Part shown: positions 1 to 13,260 of the stretch, piece after piece
Layout of the letters: every line of letters starts with the position of its first letter
Position numbering within the stretch: position 1 is the stretch's first letter
Source of the DNA: Ophelia neglecta
Taxonomy: Eukaryota
Direction of reading: 5' to 3'
NCBI GenBank assembly: GCA_965285935.1
Contig: OZ260667.1
Location: 23,994,001 to 24,058,000 of the forward strand
DNA length: 64,000 bases
Translations under genes and position numbers: made by a program
The notes under the pieces: generated by a model
Database searches by the model: none
The model's input: the letters and a program-made list of their open reading frames with translations, nothing else
What the model was told of the DNA's origin: nothing

Positions 1-304
1 GCCAGCTTGGTAAGGAGGTGAACGTGCTGGCTCGGGGCTCACATATATGGCTCACGTATTCCCCCCATATCTTATCACCGTACTCCGCCGATATTAACTT
101 TCGTGGGTAAAATTGGGCCAGGTTGGTTTTAGCAAGGAGGGTTGTAGGCTGACTTTGCGGCGAGTTATGGGCATGATAATGCTTGACCGGCAGAATACTA
201 GCTATAGCGTACCGTGTAGGGACGATTTAATGTGGCCATACGTGATGATTGCGTCTTTACACCAGCCTGTGCTTCGCGCCCCCCTCGAGCCATATGTGTA
301 TATA

Positions 305-1230
305 TTTATGTTTAATCTTGTTTTGCTTTCCAGTATGTTTGACCCTGAACCCTGATGAACTTTCGCTGCCGTCCCTCGATGACCCACTAATTTTGTTTTG
401 TTTTCCAGTATGACCTTTTCCTGATGACCCTAATTATGTCCCTGGATGATGATGAAGATTATACACACTCTTTATTCCTTTTTACTTCCTTCTACATTTA
501 TGTTTAATCTTGTTATTGCTTTCCAGTATGACTGACCCTGAACCCTGATGAACTTGCGCTGCCGTCCCTCGATGACCCACTAATTTTGTTTTGTTTTCCA
601 GTATGACCTTTTCCTGATGACCCTAATTATGTCCCTGGATGATGATGAAGATTATACACACTCTTTATTCCTTTTTACTTCCTTCTACATTTATGTTTAA
701 TCTTGTTATTGCTTTCCAGTATGACTGACCCTGAACCCTGATGAACTTGCGCTGCCGTCCCTCGATGACCCACTAATTTTGTTTTGTTTTCCAGTATGAC
801 CTATTCCTGATGACCCTGATTATGTCCCTGGATGATGATGACGAATATTCACCCTCTTTATTCCTTTTACTTCCGTCCATTTTTATGTTTAATCTTGTTT
901 TGCTTTCCAGTATGATTGACCCTGAACCCTGATGAACTTAAGCTGCCGTCCCTCGATGACCCACTAATTTTGTTTTGTTTTCCAGTATGACCTATTCCTA
1001 ATGACCCTGATTATGTCCCTGGATGATGATGACGATTATACACACTCTTTATTCCTTTGTACTTCCTTCTACATTTATGTTAAATCTTGTTTTTGCTCTA
1101 CAGTATGATTGACGCAGAACCCCGATGAACTACCGCTGCCGTCCCTCGCTGACCCACTAGTTTTGTTTTGTTTCCAGTATAGCCTTTTCCTGATGACGCT
1201 AATTATATCCCTGGATGATGATGAAGATAA
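305..1230. repeat. Tandem repeat, ~4.8 copies of a ~192-bp unit
   Basis: TTTATGTTTAA recurs at 305, 497, 690, 882 and 1074 (period 192-193). Copies 2 and 3 are near identical and the last copy is more diverged. Confidence 0.95.
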
Positions 1231-1496
1231 ACTTTGCCTACGGGCGGTCTCCGGGCCAATTGTGGTGGCTGCAATAGGCTGCCTAGTGCAGTGACAGTAG
1301 GAAAGTTAAACTCAGGGGCTGGCTTAGTCAGCAGCCTGGGGCTGTGTTTGGGGTTTACAGCTGATAACGTCCCCCACCCTATTACTTTTTTTTACCAAAT
1401 GGTTCTCCTTGGTTAATACAATTGCTGCTCAGTAATTTATAAATCTGAGCACTGTTGTATTTTCCTGTGGGATAAGTGACTAAAAAGACTGACACA

Positions 1497-1660
1497 AAAC
1501 TACATACACATATACATACACACGTATGCGTTCACACACACGCGCGTGAATGACCTCGTGTGATATAGTTTACGCACACACATAAACATACACACACACA
1601 TACATACTCACACACATACACACATACACACTAACATATAGATATATATATATATATCCG
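1497..1660. repeat. Imperfect (CA)n/(TA)n microsatellite
   Basis: Runs of cacaca/catacaca followed by (TA)n. Confidence 0.85.
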
Positions 1661-2017
1661 GTATTTTGTTACTACTCTTACTAAATCAAGCCATTAAGAG
1701 TTATTGAGGGGTGGGTGGGGGGGGGGGATATAAAATGACCCCATGTTAGGGACAGACTATTTGATCATAGGGACGGGCAGCTAGGGGAGGGGCAGCATAC
1801 ATATCCATATAGCATTGAATTTGCAATGAAATCATTTTGTAGTAGTATCTCCTTCCACAAAATTATTTGGGCAGATATTTAGCTGAAATGACGCGCACAC
1901 GATTGCCGTACATAAAAAATAAATATAATTATGTGGACTCACTAATATGAAACACTATGTATAGACCATCTCGTCTGATAGAGCAATACTGTAATACGGT
2001 CTATATTAAAGTACCAT

Positions 2018-2329
2018 TTATTTTGTAGGTCTACCTTCTACTTTTGATTTGACTTGAGATGCAAAGTCATTATCCCATCCCTCTCTTTCGTGTGGCTGCT
2101 CATTAAAAAGTTTACTAAAGTGGTCCTCCCATAGGGTTAATAGATCTTCTGGGGAGGAGTATATTCTATTGTCAGTCACTATACTGTGGAACGTTTCATT
2201 GCATGCTTTTCTGCGCCGAACATACCTCCAAAAGGCCGTAATATCAAAATCTAGTGTGCATATCTCTCCCAGCAAAAATGTATCTACAGGGTTTATTCTG
2301 GCTCTTGAAACTTGCTTGATTTCATGCAC
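2018..2329 (-). mobile_element. Degenerate non-LTR retrotransposon (LINE) ORF2 fragment, endonuclease-RT linker
   Basis: FWRYVRRRK...IYSSPEDLLTLWEDHFSKLFNE...WDNDFASQVK resembles the conserved pre-RT segment of LINE ORF2. No RT core follows. Confidence 0.6.
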
Positions 2330-5105
2330 AGAAAATACAGCCCTTGATTGGGTCCATTATTCTATAGCTTAATCTTGTGTGATGGGACAAGTAAGCCTAC
2401 TTAATGTTTTAGAAAAGAATGACGATATTAGATTGAGTCTGTTCAATGTATTAAGTTTATAAGATATATGATATCCTTCTAGACAATTATCCATTCCCCT
2501 TCTTTGAGTATTTTTTTATCTTATAATACCGTGTGGATTTTCTTCGTTTATTTGTGTAACGTTTAATAGGTACACTCTTTCTTTTTACGGTAACTGTATA
2601 ATTAAAGTTCTAACAGTATATGATGGGCGGCCCCCAGCACTCGCTTCAGTTTTGAATTCAATAAATTAAAGCAAGGGTTTACAATATTCAAAGTTTAAGT
2701 AAGTGAAGAGGGGTCCTTAGCACTCGATTTAATTTCAACCAAAACTATTTAGACAAGTGTCTACAAACTTTTACTAATTAAGAGGATTATCAGAAAAATT
2801 GTGTGGACATTATTTTTGCTTCAAGAGAAGTTCATGACTTCATAATTTGTGATATTTCGACTTTTAAAATATAAAGCATTTCAGGACTAATGTCTTTTGT
2901 GATACTTGTGGATTAACTTACTGAGCAAAACAACCCACTAGATATACGGGTACCCGAAATTTTGCCTCGCCATACAATGGGATCTTTCACCACTGGACTT
3001 AAGGGTTCCCAAACTATGGGTCAACCACTATCGTTTTTTGGCTATTATCTAGGTCTATACATTCGCCAGACGCCGACAAAATAAGTTTGTCACTTGGGCT
3101 TTTTCAACCACCAATATCGTGTTGCAAAAAACCGAAAAACTCCATTTAACTACGCCTTATACGGAAGTCTTTATTTGAAAATCTGAATAAGTTACATTAT
3201 ACAAGAAACGCCTTTTATGGGACCACAAATCAATCATACCAATAATACTGCTGTGGGAACACACCCTAACTCCTATTTTGGGACACAGCCAACACTACTT
3301 CTTGGTGAACATCCCAATATTACTATTTGGGAAATAGTAATTCCAAATGAATATAGTATTTCATGTAAGAGTAGTGATGAATTCTGCTCCAATGTTTATT
3401 AACTCTTGACGGTTTATATGTGATTACTTTTTTGAGGTAAAGTGTAATACAAAGCAAGTGAGTACGAGCACTAAACTTTACAATCAATTTATGGCAGATT
3501 TCAAACAATGAAGTTTTCCAAGCCTTGTATATAGGTGAAAGGGTTCACACACATCAGGACACGTGTAATTGTTAATGTCCCTTATCATTCTCTCTGGTGG
3601 TAGCGTGTGCATAACATGCAAACTATCTCTAATAAAAAGAAAATACAATGAATAATGAATTTAGCCAAGAAATTGCACGTGGCAAATTCTGTTTTATGAA
3701 AGATGCTACGCTCGGCTGATTGACAAGTACCACAAACAACATACCATGGTGGATTGTCAATCAAGAGCAAAAGATATTATATCTATGTTCATCGTGTGTT
3801 TCAAGTGCCTTATTCTGTTCTGTTACTGCTGGATGGCCGAATTTAGTGTATATCTACAAAGAATTGAATCTTATCCCTAACGTCTTTCAAAATGTATCTA
3901 AAGGAAACTCCCCGATAGTCTGGGTAGAAATGACAGATATTAAAACATCTGTTATATAGTGACAAAGATCGTCCAACTGGTATTCACACTTTTTTGGCGA
4001 ATAATCTTCGACAAATATGGTATTTTTATTATGCGATTGGCATCAATGTGAGTATATTACTTTACAAACCATATAAGCATAATTCTTTCATAACTTTGGC
4101 CAAAAGACACTATCATCTGATTATATGATTACACCAACGCTTCTTGTTTTATTCATTTGCACCACTTTTATATCTAGACCATTTGGTATAAAAATTGGTC
4201 CACGACCAGACGGGAAATTTGATTTAGTATATATTCTGTTTTTTTCCACATTTCTCATTTATACTTCATTTTACAGTAATCATAGTTTATAATATAAAAA
4301 TGCAAGAGCTAAATGAATTTTATGTAATTGCCCTATGAAATACGTTGTAATTGAGGCACTCATCCTGTGATAAAACGGATCTGTTTTGTTCACATTCAAG
4401 GCCTTTCGAAATAGATCGTTGGGACGTGCTGTAATAAAAGCTTTAGATAAAGTTGGTAGTCAATTTTATCTGGAGTCAGTTTATATTATATCACAGTAAT
4501 GAAGAAATAATGGAGTATAATTAAGCCTTTAATTTGAGGGAATAATTGTGTATGTGTGTGTGGGGGGGGGGGGGGGGGGGTCGAAGAACTGAAGTGGAAA
4601 TTACCAAGTCTTAAAATGTGGAATCACAAGCTTGAAACCGATTAAATAAAGCTGACTGTCGTCCAAAGAAAATTAATCGGCCGGAACTGAAATTAAATTG
4701 AGGACAATATCACAACTGTAAAAAGGAATTAATATAGAATTAATATTAAAAAAATAAATAATACTCTAGCAGACATTGTGTGGTTTATTCAGCTGGGAGT
4801 TGATGACGCATAACTTGTTTTGACCACTGACTCCCTTTCTATGATCTTAGACTCATAGCGTGGACACCCTTTACTGGTAAAATATATGACCCCTTCTATG
4901 ATGTTTAATGACTGCTGGTTTGAAAAGTGCAAACTGTTATCAAACGTTGTAGTACTAGTCGGTGCCACATCAGTAGATTATAACGGCATATTAACCCATA
5001 TTATACTGCAAAAATCTGCATCGCATCGTCGATAATATCTGAACTTATTTAGGGCCGTGCATTGTAAGAGTTCTTTGTTCAGAAATCTAGAAAAGCATTC
5101 ACAAC

Positions 5106-5812
5106 ATGGCGCTGACTTCTCTACGAGGATCTTTAGTTTGGCTGGTCGTGGTCTTTGTTGGCCTGGCAAAAAATGAGCAGGATAGAGCTCCATATTGCAT
5201 GTACAACGGTAGGTTATAAATAATACTAAATTTAATATCCATTTAGTCAAATTACAGACTGGAATTTAGCAATAAAGTTTAAATATCTGTCATGTGTACA
5301 TGATACCTGCGCTACTTTCTGGCCATAGAAGTCCAGTAAAGGTCAAAAAATTATATAATGAAAGCAACCATATGAACTGGTACATATTTTTTTGCAGAGT
5401 GTCAAATGCGGTAGATGCAAAGTTCATCAGTTTCACCGATATATATATAAATAGATTAAAAATAAACAAATTGTGGTCAAAAACTGTCACCTGATGAATA
5501 GCACAACGATAATATAATAGTGCGGTACGCAAATTGTTCCTGAATAAAGAATTAGGCCTACCTATCGTTTAAGAAGTTATTAGGTTTTTTTCTTGTTATT
5601 CAGGGTGGATTTATCGCGTGGGAGCCTATTGGCGCAGCGAAGATGACCCGTGCCAGATGTGTTACTGCCCGGATCCGGAAGTAGGGTGGACGCCGGCAGA
5701 TCCTTTCCCAGTTCCAGAGTGTATAACGGACACCGTCTGTCCTGAGCCAGGTTGCTATCCCTGGCAGGAACTGGTCCTTCCCGAGAAAACATGCTGTCCT
5801 ATCTGCACGTAG
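5106..5812 (+). CDS. Gene A: secreted single-VWC-domain protein, 2 exons (5106-5208, 5604-5812), ~103 aa
   Basis: Exon 1 MALTSLRGSLVWLVVVFVGLAKNEQDRAPYCMYN-G ends at donor G|gtaggt. A phase-1 acceptor ttattcag| leads to WIYRVGAYWRSEDDPCQMCYCPDP...ECITDTVCPEPGCYP...TCCPICT*. Ten Cys in VWC spacing (CxxCxC, CCPxC). Confidence 0.9.
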
Positions 5813-7232
5813 ACTACTTATAGATGATACTGCGATGCGTCTTCCGTTAAACCTAACCAATCGAACTAAAAAGAAATCTTAGTAGAAATTAATTCTGTCA
5901 GTGACACTTTTACTGTGAGTGGTTTAATTTTTTTTTTTTGGCAAATAAAATTATGTGTTTTTTCTACAGTAGTCAATGCTCATTATGTATTTTCTTTAAG
6001 GAATTGGTGATTACTGGCGAGGGGGTTGAACATTTTTTTGGAGATCGAGGGGGAGGGGGAAATGCGACACCATCAGATGGGGAACATAATTCGCTAAGTG
6101 ATAATGTAGTATTCGTTAAGTGATCATGTAGTATTGGGTGTACAAGTCAATGTGGGAAGTCAGGTGGTACTTTGAATGTTTCCTGGAGTATTCTTTTTTC
6201 GTCCTCCATCGCTTTCTAACTTTGCTCTTTTTTCTAAGGAAAAAAATATGGCATAAAGATTATCTAATTTTTTTCGGATAAGCGGAGTGCCAGCAGAAAG
6301 AGCTAAAATGAGACAACAAGAGACTAAGGAAACAAGGCCCCTGGAGACAACCTAATTTTTATCATGACACAAAATTGATATATCGAAATGAGTTTTATTC
6401 CAAAAACTCAGCACAAACTATCATCGCCAGGACTTGTTTTTGGTAGCCTCTTTCTTCGCCTTAGCAGTATTACCCATATTACGTGAGAAATCAAAGTATG
6501 CCTATACTTTAAAAATGTCATACCACTGTAATTGGGCTCAAAATAGGCATTTTAGACAATTTTTCAGTTTATATGCACTTAAACTGTCACACTTATAACT
6601 CATCCACAGACTTGTTCCTATACTGGAAGCCGCCAGTTGCTATTGAACGTGCATCGGATATGGAGCTAACATCATTCTTGTTTGAGTACATTGTATTTTG
6701 TTCATGTAACACATCCTGACTTCAAAATCCTTATTCTGGTCATGTTATTTCTAAGCAATCAATGTTATTAACATACACTTATAAGATTGTAAAATATTTA
6801 AGTGATACTGGAAATTATACGTAAAACTGATACCATACGAAGAAAAAAAAATAGGCATGATTTGGGCAGTAGTTGGTATTTTATTGTCTTTCAAATTTCT
6901 TTTACAAACACAATTTTATAATACAGATTTAGCACACATTCGATAACAACGAAACTCAGTGTTCATTAGATGATTCATAATGTTGCAAACAAGCCACGTT
7001 ATATTCTATCAGATGTGTATTGACTTTTATAAGCACAAAAAAGTCGTTGACAATTTCTGTAAGCAGTCATTGGATAAAAACACTTATTTAAGGGATAGGC
7101 CTACGGACATTTTGTAATTACATGTAGCCCATTAGAATAACGTGTAAATAGCGCCACTGTGACTTTTCACTGCAGACAGGTCAGCAAATTACCCTTTGGT
7201 CATGTTGGGTAAGTTTGTTCCTCTCTTTTTTA

Positions 7233-7762
7233 TTAAGTGAGGTCAGGGCACACGGAGTTCACCTGGCACACCGGCGACCCCCCGCCGACGGGACAGAAGC
7301 AGGATTGGCAAGGGTCCTTGTTGGGGGTCTTGTGGCCCTCACGGTATATCCATCCTGGAAATGTGTTACCATAATTTTACTTTATTTTAGACATTGATAA
7401 TTGTGGATAAAATTGACATGCGATATGAATTTTTTGGTTGTTCACTGAAAAATGGCCATATACAGGCTTAACTATGCAAATTAAGAAATAACTAATATTT
7501 ATAACATATTTACTTTTTGTCATATTTGCGCCTCCGTCATCAATAGCCGCATAATACCTACATGTATATGACTATAGTACTAATTAGTTTATCGTGTAGA
7601 AGTGCAGGCTAGAAAATAATCTTATAATCGCCTACATTCTATATAAGTTACCTATAACTTACCATCAATGGAGCAAAATTTCGCTCTTGTGGCCGACGCA
7701 GCCTTTACTAGTACCATACTAGACAAAACTATACAAACTAGCGATACTCCTGAAAAATTCAT
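7233..7762 (-). CDS. Gene B: paralog of A truncated after the 6th VWC Cys (exons 7762-7663, 7354-7233); truncated gene or pseudogene
   Basis: MNFSGVSLVCIVLSSMVLVKAASATRAKFCSID-G|gtaagt, then ttccag|WIYREGHKTPNKDPCQSCFCPVGGGSPVCQVNSVCPDLT*. Same phase-1 intron as A. A decayed, frameshifted C-*-P-V-C remnant lies beyond the stop (~7165-7230). Confidence 0.8.
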
Positions 7763-9470
7763 AGTGAAAATCTAGTCGGTCTCCATAAACTAGCATTGAC
7801 CCCTTTCTGTCAAAATTCTCATTGCAACGCTGCCAACTTGATGGTCCTTTATGACACTATTTATTGATATGTCGCTGGCAAATTCTGCAGTATAATGAAG
7901 GGCAATTGATCGTACAAAATAGAGCAGTTAAACTACTTGGTTCTATAACTGCTCCGAAAAGTTCATTATTCATCGGCAGGTGGGGCGGGAACAACAGATT
8001 GCCGACACTCTCCCCCCTACAATGAGTCAAACAGACTCGTGACCTCCAACCCCCATCAACTCTGACCGATGATAGCTCGAGGCCTGCGAAACACATTTCG
8101 GTTATTATGCCGCACATTGATAGTAGTTTTACCTCCTGATAATTGACAATGGGAGCAAAATGATATTGGGGTAAAAAGGGGTCTATTGTTTAATACATGA
8201 GAAAATATATCGCAAACGAAAATTGTTATTATTGACTATGGTGAAAGATGCTGACCCTCCCTGAAAGAGTCCCTATACTGTCTGCCCCCATCCCCCTACT
8301 CTAGTTTGGCCTCCACCCCCACTCCTGTTTTTTTTATAATAAACGTTTCCTTATAGAAATAAAATGCCCCCCTTAATGAATAAATATTTCAGTTCGTTTA
8401 TATGACAAATGCAGCACCACGTACATCGTTCATATTTTCTCTTTATGTCAAGTAGGTTCATAATTAACCTAAGCTTAATCTTTCATTGTATATTCGACTT
8501 AATTATAGAAAACCATATGCAGTTACAGTGTACCATGTGTCATGATCAAATTCGGGAATCTGAACCATTTGCATAGTATAATTGTTATTAATAAAAAACA
8601 ATCTTTGCACACATCACTAGTACTATTTTTCGTGTAATTTTCGAATTCACCCGAATCAGCAGCCACGCTCTGATAAATTCCTAGTCCAACATATACTACA
8701 TCCTACTTATTGTTAGATTTGACAGATCAGAAAACTGCAGAAATTAATCATTGAGATGAAACGTGAATCGTACATGACCTCGTGAATCGTGATACCCTTG
8801 AAACGAACGACACTTTTAAGTGGATTTTCAATATTATTAAGCATTTAAGGAATATTACACTATAGAATTAGGATAACCGAACTTTACTGCAAGTCGATCA
8901 TGATATACAAAAACCTAAAACATACTCTCATGAAGCTGCTAGTATACGGGATGGACATTTGACGCTCGTTGTTCTTTGCCAACAACCTATTTTATTTTCC
9001 ACAATTTGCAAATAACAGATTCGTCAATTTTAATGAAAATTGTGAAAGAAAAAAAATCCAAGTTTCATTCTTTTTCCAAATGTGAATCATGTTCTGAACC
9101 TGACACATACACAGCTTTAATGTAAACCTAGCAATAAATGAAATGATACAGGACAATTTCCTCTGTGTCCGGTTATAAATGTTCAATTTTCATTGAGTGA
9201 TCAAATACTTAGGTGGCAAATTGTTCCGAATTGGTGGCGTTCCATATTGTCGTACATTGTGCATATCCCGTCGTTTATTAAACGTATACAGTGTGTATGA
9301 TTGTGATATTAAATGAACACGTATGCCCAGTGCATGAGCAGAACTTATTTTAATAAACAGTCAAATTATATGCTAACTTTGATATAATCCTAACATTTGT
9401 CGACATTCAGCATTTTGACATCATATATATCAGTTGGGTATCCTGCATTGAACAATTACAAACTTAAATC

Positions 9471-10983
9471 ATGTATGTTTTGTTTGTTTTATTATGCGCA
9501 ACTTATGTCTCCATGGATGATGCAGCACATCTTCAATGTATGTATGATTTTGTTAACATCTTTGTATTGAAGCGACAGCTTCCTATGTTATTTTGCTTTA
9601 AGTCACCATATTTGGTCAACATCGTCCGAAACAGGAAGTATATTGTGCGTGTATATAGGTGGGGTCACGGCACTTTTCAATGACTTATGGCACCTTATAG
9701 TCCGTATTATTTGCCGAATATGCAAAACCAAAGTAAAGTAGATATTTCCCTTTTTTTTAAGCCACGCTGGTGAGGAGGGGTGAGCCATGCACAGTTGACG
9801 CTGAAAACCTTCCAGGTATTCCCGACGGGCCTTGCAGCAGCAAGTGCCAATGTCTCGACCCAGACGGCCTAGTCGTATGTTAATAATATAAATTCTTGCC
9901 TATGTTTAACTCGCTTTCGTCATTAAATGTATAAGATTGATAGATTTCTATAGAAGCTTACAACTTTCAGGCTCTCTGTATTCGGCGCTCAGGGCAGAGA
10001 CAGATGAGCAGCGCCGAACCTTACATTGCAGCGCTATAGCGCCGAATACAGAGTCCCTTACTGTCATTTTTGGCAATGATTATGTCGTAGGCACACCGAA
10101 GCTATATAAAGTTTCCTTTCATCATGGGTTTGGCGTTTAAGGAGTCCAATAAGCTCCAAGACCTTCAATAGCCCCCTTGTCCTCATCACAAAATATTTAT
10201 TGAACTCTTATTTTATTGTTTTGATATGATGATAAATACACTGTTATATATGTCATTAAACTGTCTGTTACAGTGTAGAGAAATTCAGTGTAATCCGCCA
10301 TCTTGTGTAGACGCCGAATATTCGGAAAATTGCTGCGGAGAATGTCCGAATGGTAAGATTTAAATTTAACACTACATGATATGTAAAGAGAAAATGGGCA
10401 AGGCAATGGTCCCTCGACCCCCCCCCCCCCCTCCCCATAAGTTTTCCTACGATACCCCCTACGTCACAAAAGCTTCAACTTAGGATAACATTTATGACCT
10501 AACGAGCCGAACATATAGATGAGGGATATACCCCCAATAATGGACTGACTAATATATATTTCATTTAATATATTTCGATAAAGACATAGGTTTATGGACT
10601 TAGAGAAAAAATGCTCAATACAAAAGGAGCCGGTAGAAAATTTAATCAGATTTATTTATTAGATTTTCTTTGAAGGGTGTGGAAAATGATCCAATGAGGC
10701 ATTAAGCTTATAAAAACAACAGTATGATAGCAGACCTTTTTTCAAATCCAAGAGACCTTGGCCCGTCGATCGTGTATTGACAAAATTATAGTTTTAAAAA
10801 AGAAGCGTTTGTTTCTTTGCAGGATCTAACTGTTTGATAGACGGACTAAAGATCCCGTATGAGGAGACTTTAGTGATACCAATGCAAGTAGGTGATATCA
10901 GATGCACAGAGAATTGTCAATGCGGAGACACTCCGAATGATACGCCCCGGTGCTCCATAACCTGCGAACAAGCAGGAAAATAA
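9471..10983 (+). CDS. Gene C: secreted VWC + half-VWC protein (brorin/VWC2-like layout), exons 9471-9537, 9762-9874, 10274-10352, 10823-10983
   Basis: MYVLFVLLCATYVSMDDAAHLQS-TLVRRGEPCTVDAENLPGIPDGPCSSKCQCLDPDGLV-CREIQCNPPSCVDAEYSENCCGECPN-GSNCLIDGLKIPYEETLVIPMQVGDIRCTENCQCGDTPNDTPRCSITCEQAGK*. All introns are GT-AG and the phases are consistent. Confidence 0.85.
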
Positions 10984-11200
10984 GATTATGATCTGTCTTC
11001 GATAGTGAATCATACACTGAATCTCTCAATTTCTGTTATATACCAGCAGCGGTAAAACATACTGGATAAATTGTGAAGATCTATTTGTAACGAGTATGTA
11101 CTTTCTCAACCAAATAATTTCTTCTGTTTGGAAGCAAGCTATGACTATATATCATTCCAATCCATACTTGGAGAACATGAACTTCTGTATTTCGAAAATG

Positions 11201-11380
11201 TGGTGAAACCTGTGAATTGAGACCACATAAGAGATTAGGAAATATTGTTATGATTATGGAGATTGTCTGTTTATACGGGTGAGTTTACATTAAAAGTGTA
11301 CCGTGTGGTCTTCAGATTAAGGGTGTTAATTGACAGGTTGTCTTAAAAAAGAGGTGACCTTTAAGGCAAGTTTAACTGTA
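11201..11380. mobile_element. Degenerate MITE related to the 11709-11885 element
   Basis: Ends ggtgaaacctg ... ggcaagtttaactgta resemble the neighbouring MITE's TIRs. Confidence 0.45.
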
Positions 11381-11708
11381 ATAATGAATCACAAAAGTTC
11401 AAAAAAAAACATTCATCTCGCTTTACAATGAAGCAAACTTTGAACGTTTGTTCTGCTTTTAATTAAATGAGCTATAATATCAACATGCACAATTGAACTG
11501 TAATCTAAAATAAAGAAAGAAAATAATTTGTTTCCAACAACTTTCAGTTTTACATTATCGGTGTTTTGTACTATATATCGCGTTATCTATAAGTTTGAGA
11601 CAATTTTCTCTTGAATGTTCTCATCATTGTCATTTTGTTTTTTAACTTAGCTAACTGACGCAAAGAACGTAGTATATATTTATAAAACGGCTTTACGGCA
11701 TCAATATA

Positions 11709-11885
11709 CAGTAAAACCTGGCCTAAAGGACACCTGAAAATTAGGGACACACTGACTATTAAGGAAATTGTTTTTAGTACAGTTGTAATACTTTACATGT
11801 AAAGTAACCTGTGAAATAAGGTCACCTGAGAAGAGAGGACAGATTTCCCAGTCCCTTGGCTGTCCCTTATTGTCAGGTTTCACTG
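11709..11885. mobile_element. Tc1/mariner(pogo)-type MITE
   Basis: TIRs CAGTAAAACCTG...CAGGTTTCACTG with TA on both sides. Confidence 0.8.
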
Positions 11886-12945
11886 TAATGTGATTGTTGG
11901 AACGCGCGAAAACAAACTCTTCAATAAGACAACCAAGGAGAATTTACAAAAATGCCCTATATAAGCCGACATAAACACTAGGATGCAATTGTTTCTACAA
12001 GACTACATCAACCTAAACAAATATACAGTATCCTTAGGAAGGTCTAAGAATGAAATTAAAATATGAAATAAAAATAATAGGGAAATTTGTATGAACATTT
12101 GACTTTTTAAAGAAAGCATAGTTCAATGAGTCTGGACCATACCTTTCGCCTGGATTTAATTTTAATAAGCCGGCTTCGGTGTCTCCTGCAACATCATCGC
12201 CTAACTTTGCTTACACTGGCCAACTGGGCATATAGGAGACGGTTCGCCCTTGATCGTTAATAATGTTGCAAGGAGTTCTAATGGGGTCATGGCGCAACAT
12301 TGTGGAGGAGCTTGTAAAATATGAGGCCATAAGGAGGACCCACGTTGGCCCTCTAAACATCATTAGTAAGCATTGAGCTAGCCACGAGGTTATGTCGCTT
12401 GGCTACTTCTCTAATCAGATTAAGAATGGTGTTTTGCAGTCAAGGGGATATGATGCTTGCAGACACAATCACATTTTCATTACCACATACGGTCCATTAA
12501 GTAAAAATGGTTTCAAATCAGGGATCTCACTTCCGCTGTTTAAGTCATTTTCTGTGTAGAGTCAGACGGCTACGCGACTTGGACCGTTCCCAATGATCAA
12601 CCTAGCCTACTATAACTAGAATTTTTTATTTGTTTATAAGCACCCAAACAGCGAGTTGTCAGACAAGCATGTTGTCAACTTCATTTTAGGAATAAATATA
12701 TCAATCTAGCTGATCGGCCTGTAGTGACACTCGACAAGGCGTACGATCTTAAAAGTTTACGGCACACGAATTGACACGATTTAAACATGCTAATGATTGT
12801 GGTTAAGAATAGAAGTCTGTTTGTGTTGACCCTCTTACTGGTCGACCTTTCACAGTCGGGAGGTAAGGATGAACCTAAATATGATTGCTTATCTTCAAAA
12901 TAATTTGAATTTAACTTACGAGCTAAACATGCGAATTCAAACACA

Positions 12946-13260
12946 TTGCAATGTATTAGGAAATTGCGTATCGATGCATACATAGATAAGGCACAACGCA
13001 CCCCTCGTATCGAACGGCTCTGTACAGTATGTAATAGAAACTGCTTGTGCGACGAATACCATGCGTTGCTCGAATGTAATAATGATGTAATTGTGAAGCT
13101 CAGGAGGCAATACCTGCCCCCTCACTTTTGTGAACGGCCAAGTATGTTTAAATTTAATAAATTAATAAGGAATGACGATTATTCACTGCGAGTAACATTT
13201 TCATAATACTTCAGTACATTCAAAATACTTCTGTAAATTCATAATACTTCTGTACATTGT
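12946..13260 (+). mobile_element. LINE ORF2 C-terminal (Cys/His zinc-knuckle) remnant
   Basis: PRIERLCTVCNRNCLCDEYHALLEC...LRRQYLP matches the RxERxCxxC...DExHxxxxC motif at the 3' end of non-LTR ORF2. Confidence 0.75.

Noticed and set aside
320-1110. Recursive-splicing ratchet points in the repeat
   Set aside because: The motif is CAG|TATG, not AG|GT; any donor would have to share the acceptor's G.
305-1230. Hammerhead ribozyme, C/D snoRNA array or CRISPR-like array (CTGATGA recurs in the repeat)
   Set aside because: There is no GAAA core or stem II after CTGATGA, no convincing terminal stems, and no unique spacers. The DNA is eukaryotic and no cas genes are present.
7165-7200. Selenocysteine (TGC TGA CCT GTC TGC = C-U-P-V-C) in gene B
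   Set aside because: It lies downstream of TAA TAA and out of frame, and no SECIS was recognised. Simple decay explains it better.
12681-13001. Minus-strand ORF as an inverted (twin-primed) LINE segment
   Set aside because: No convincing LINE motifs in the translation.
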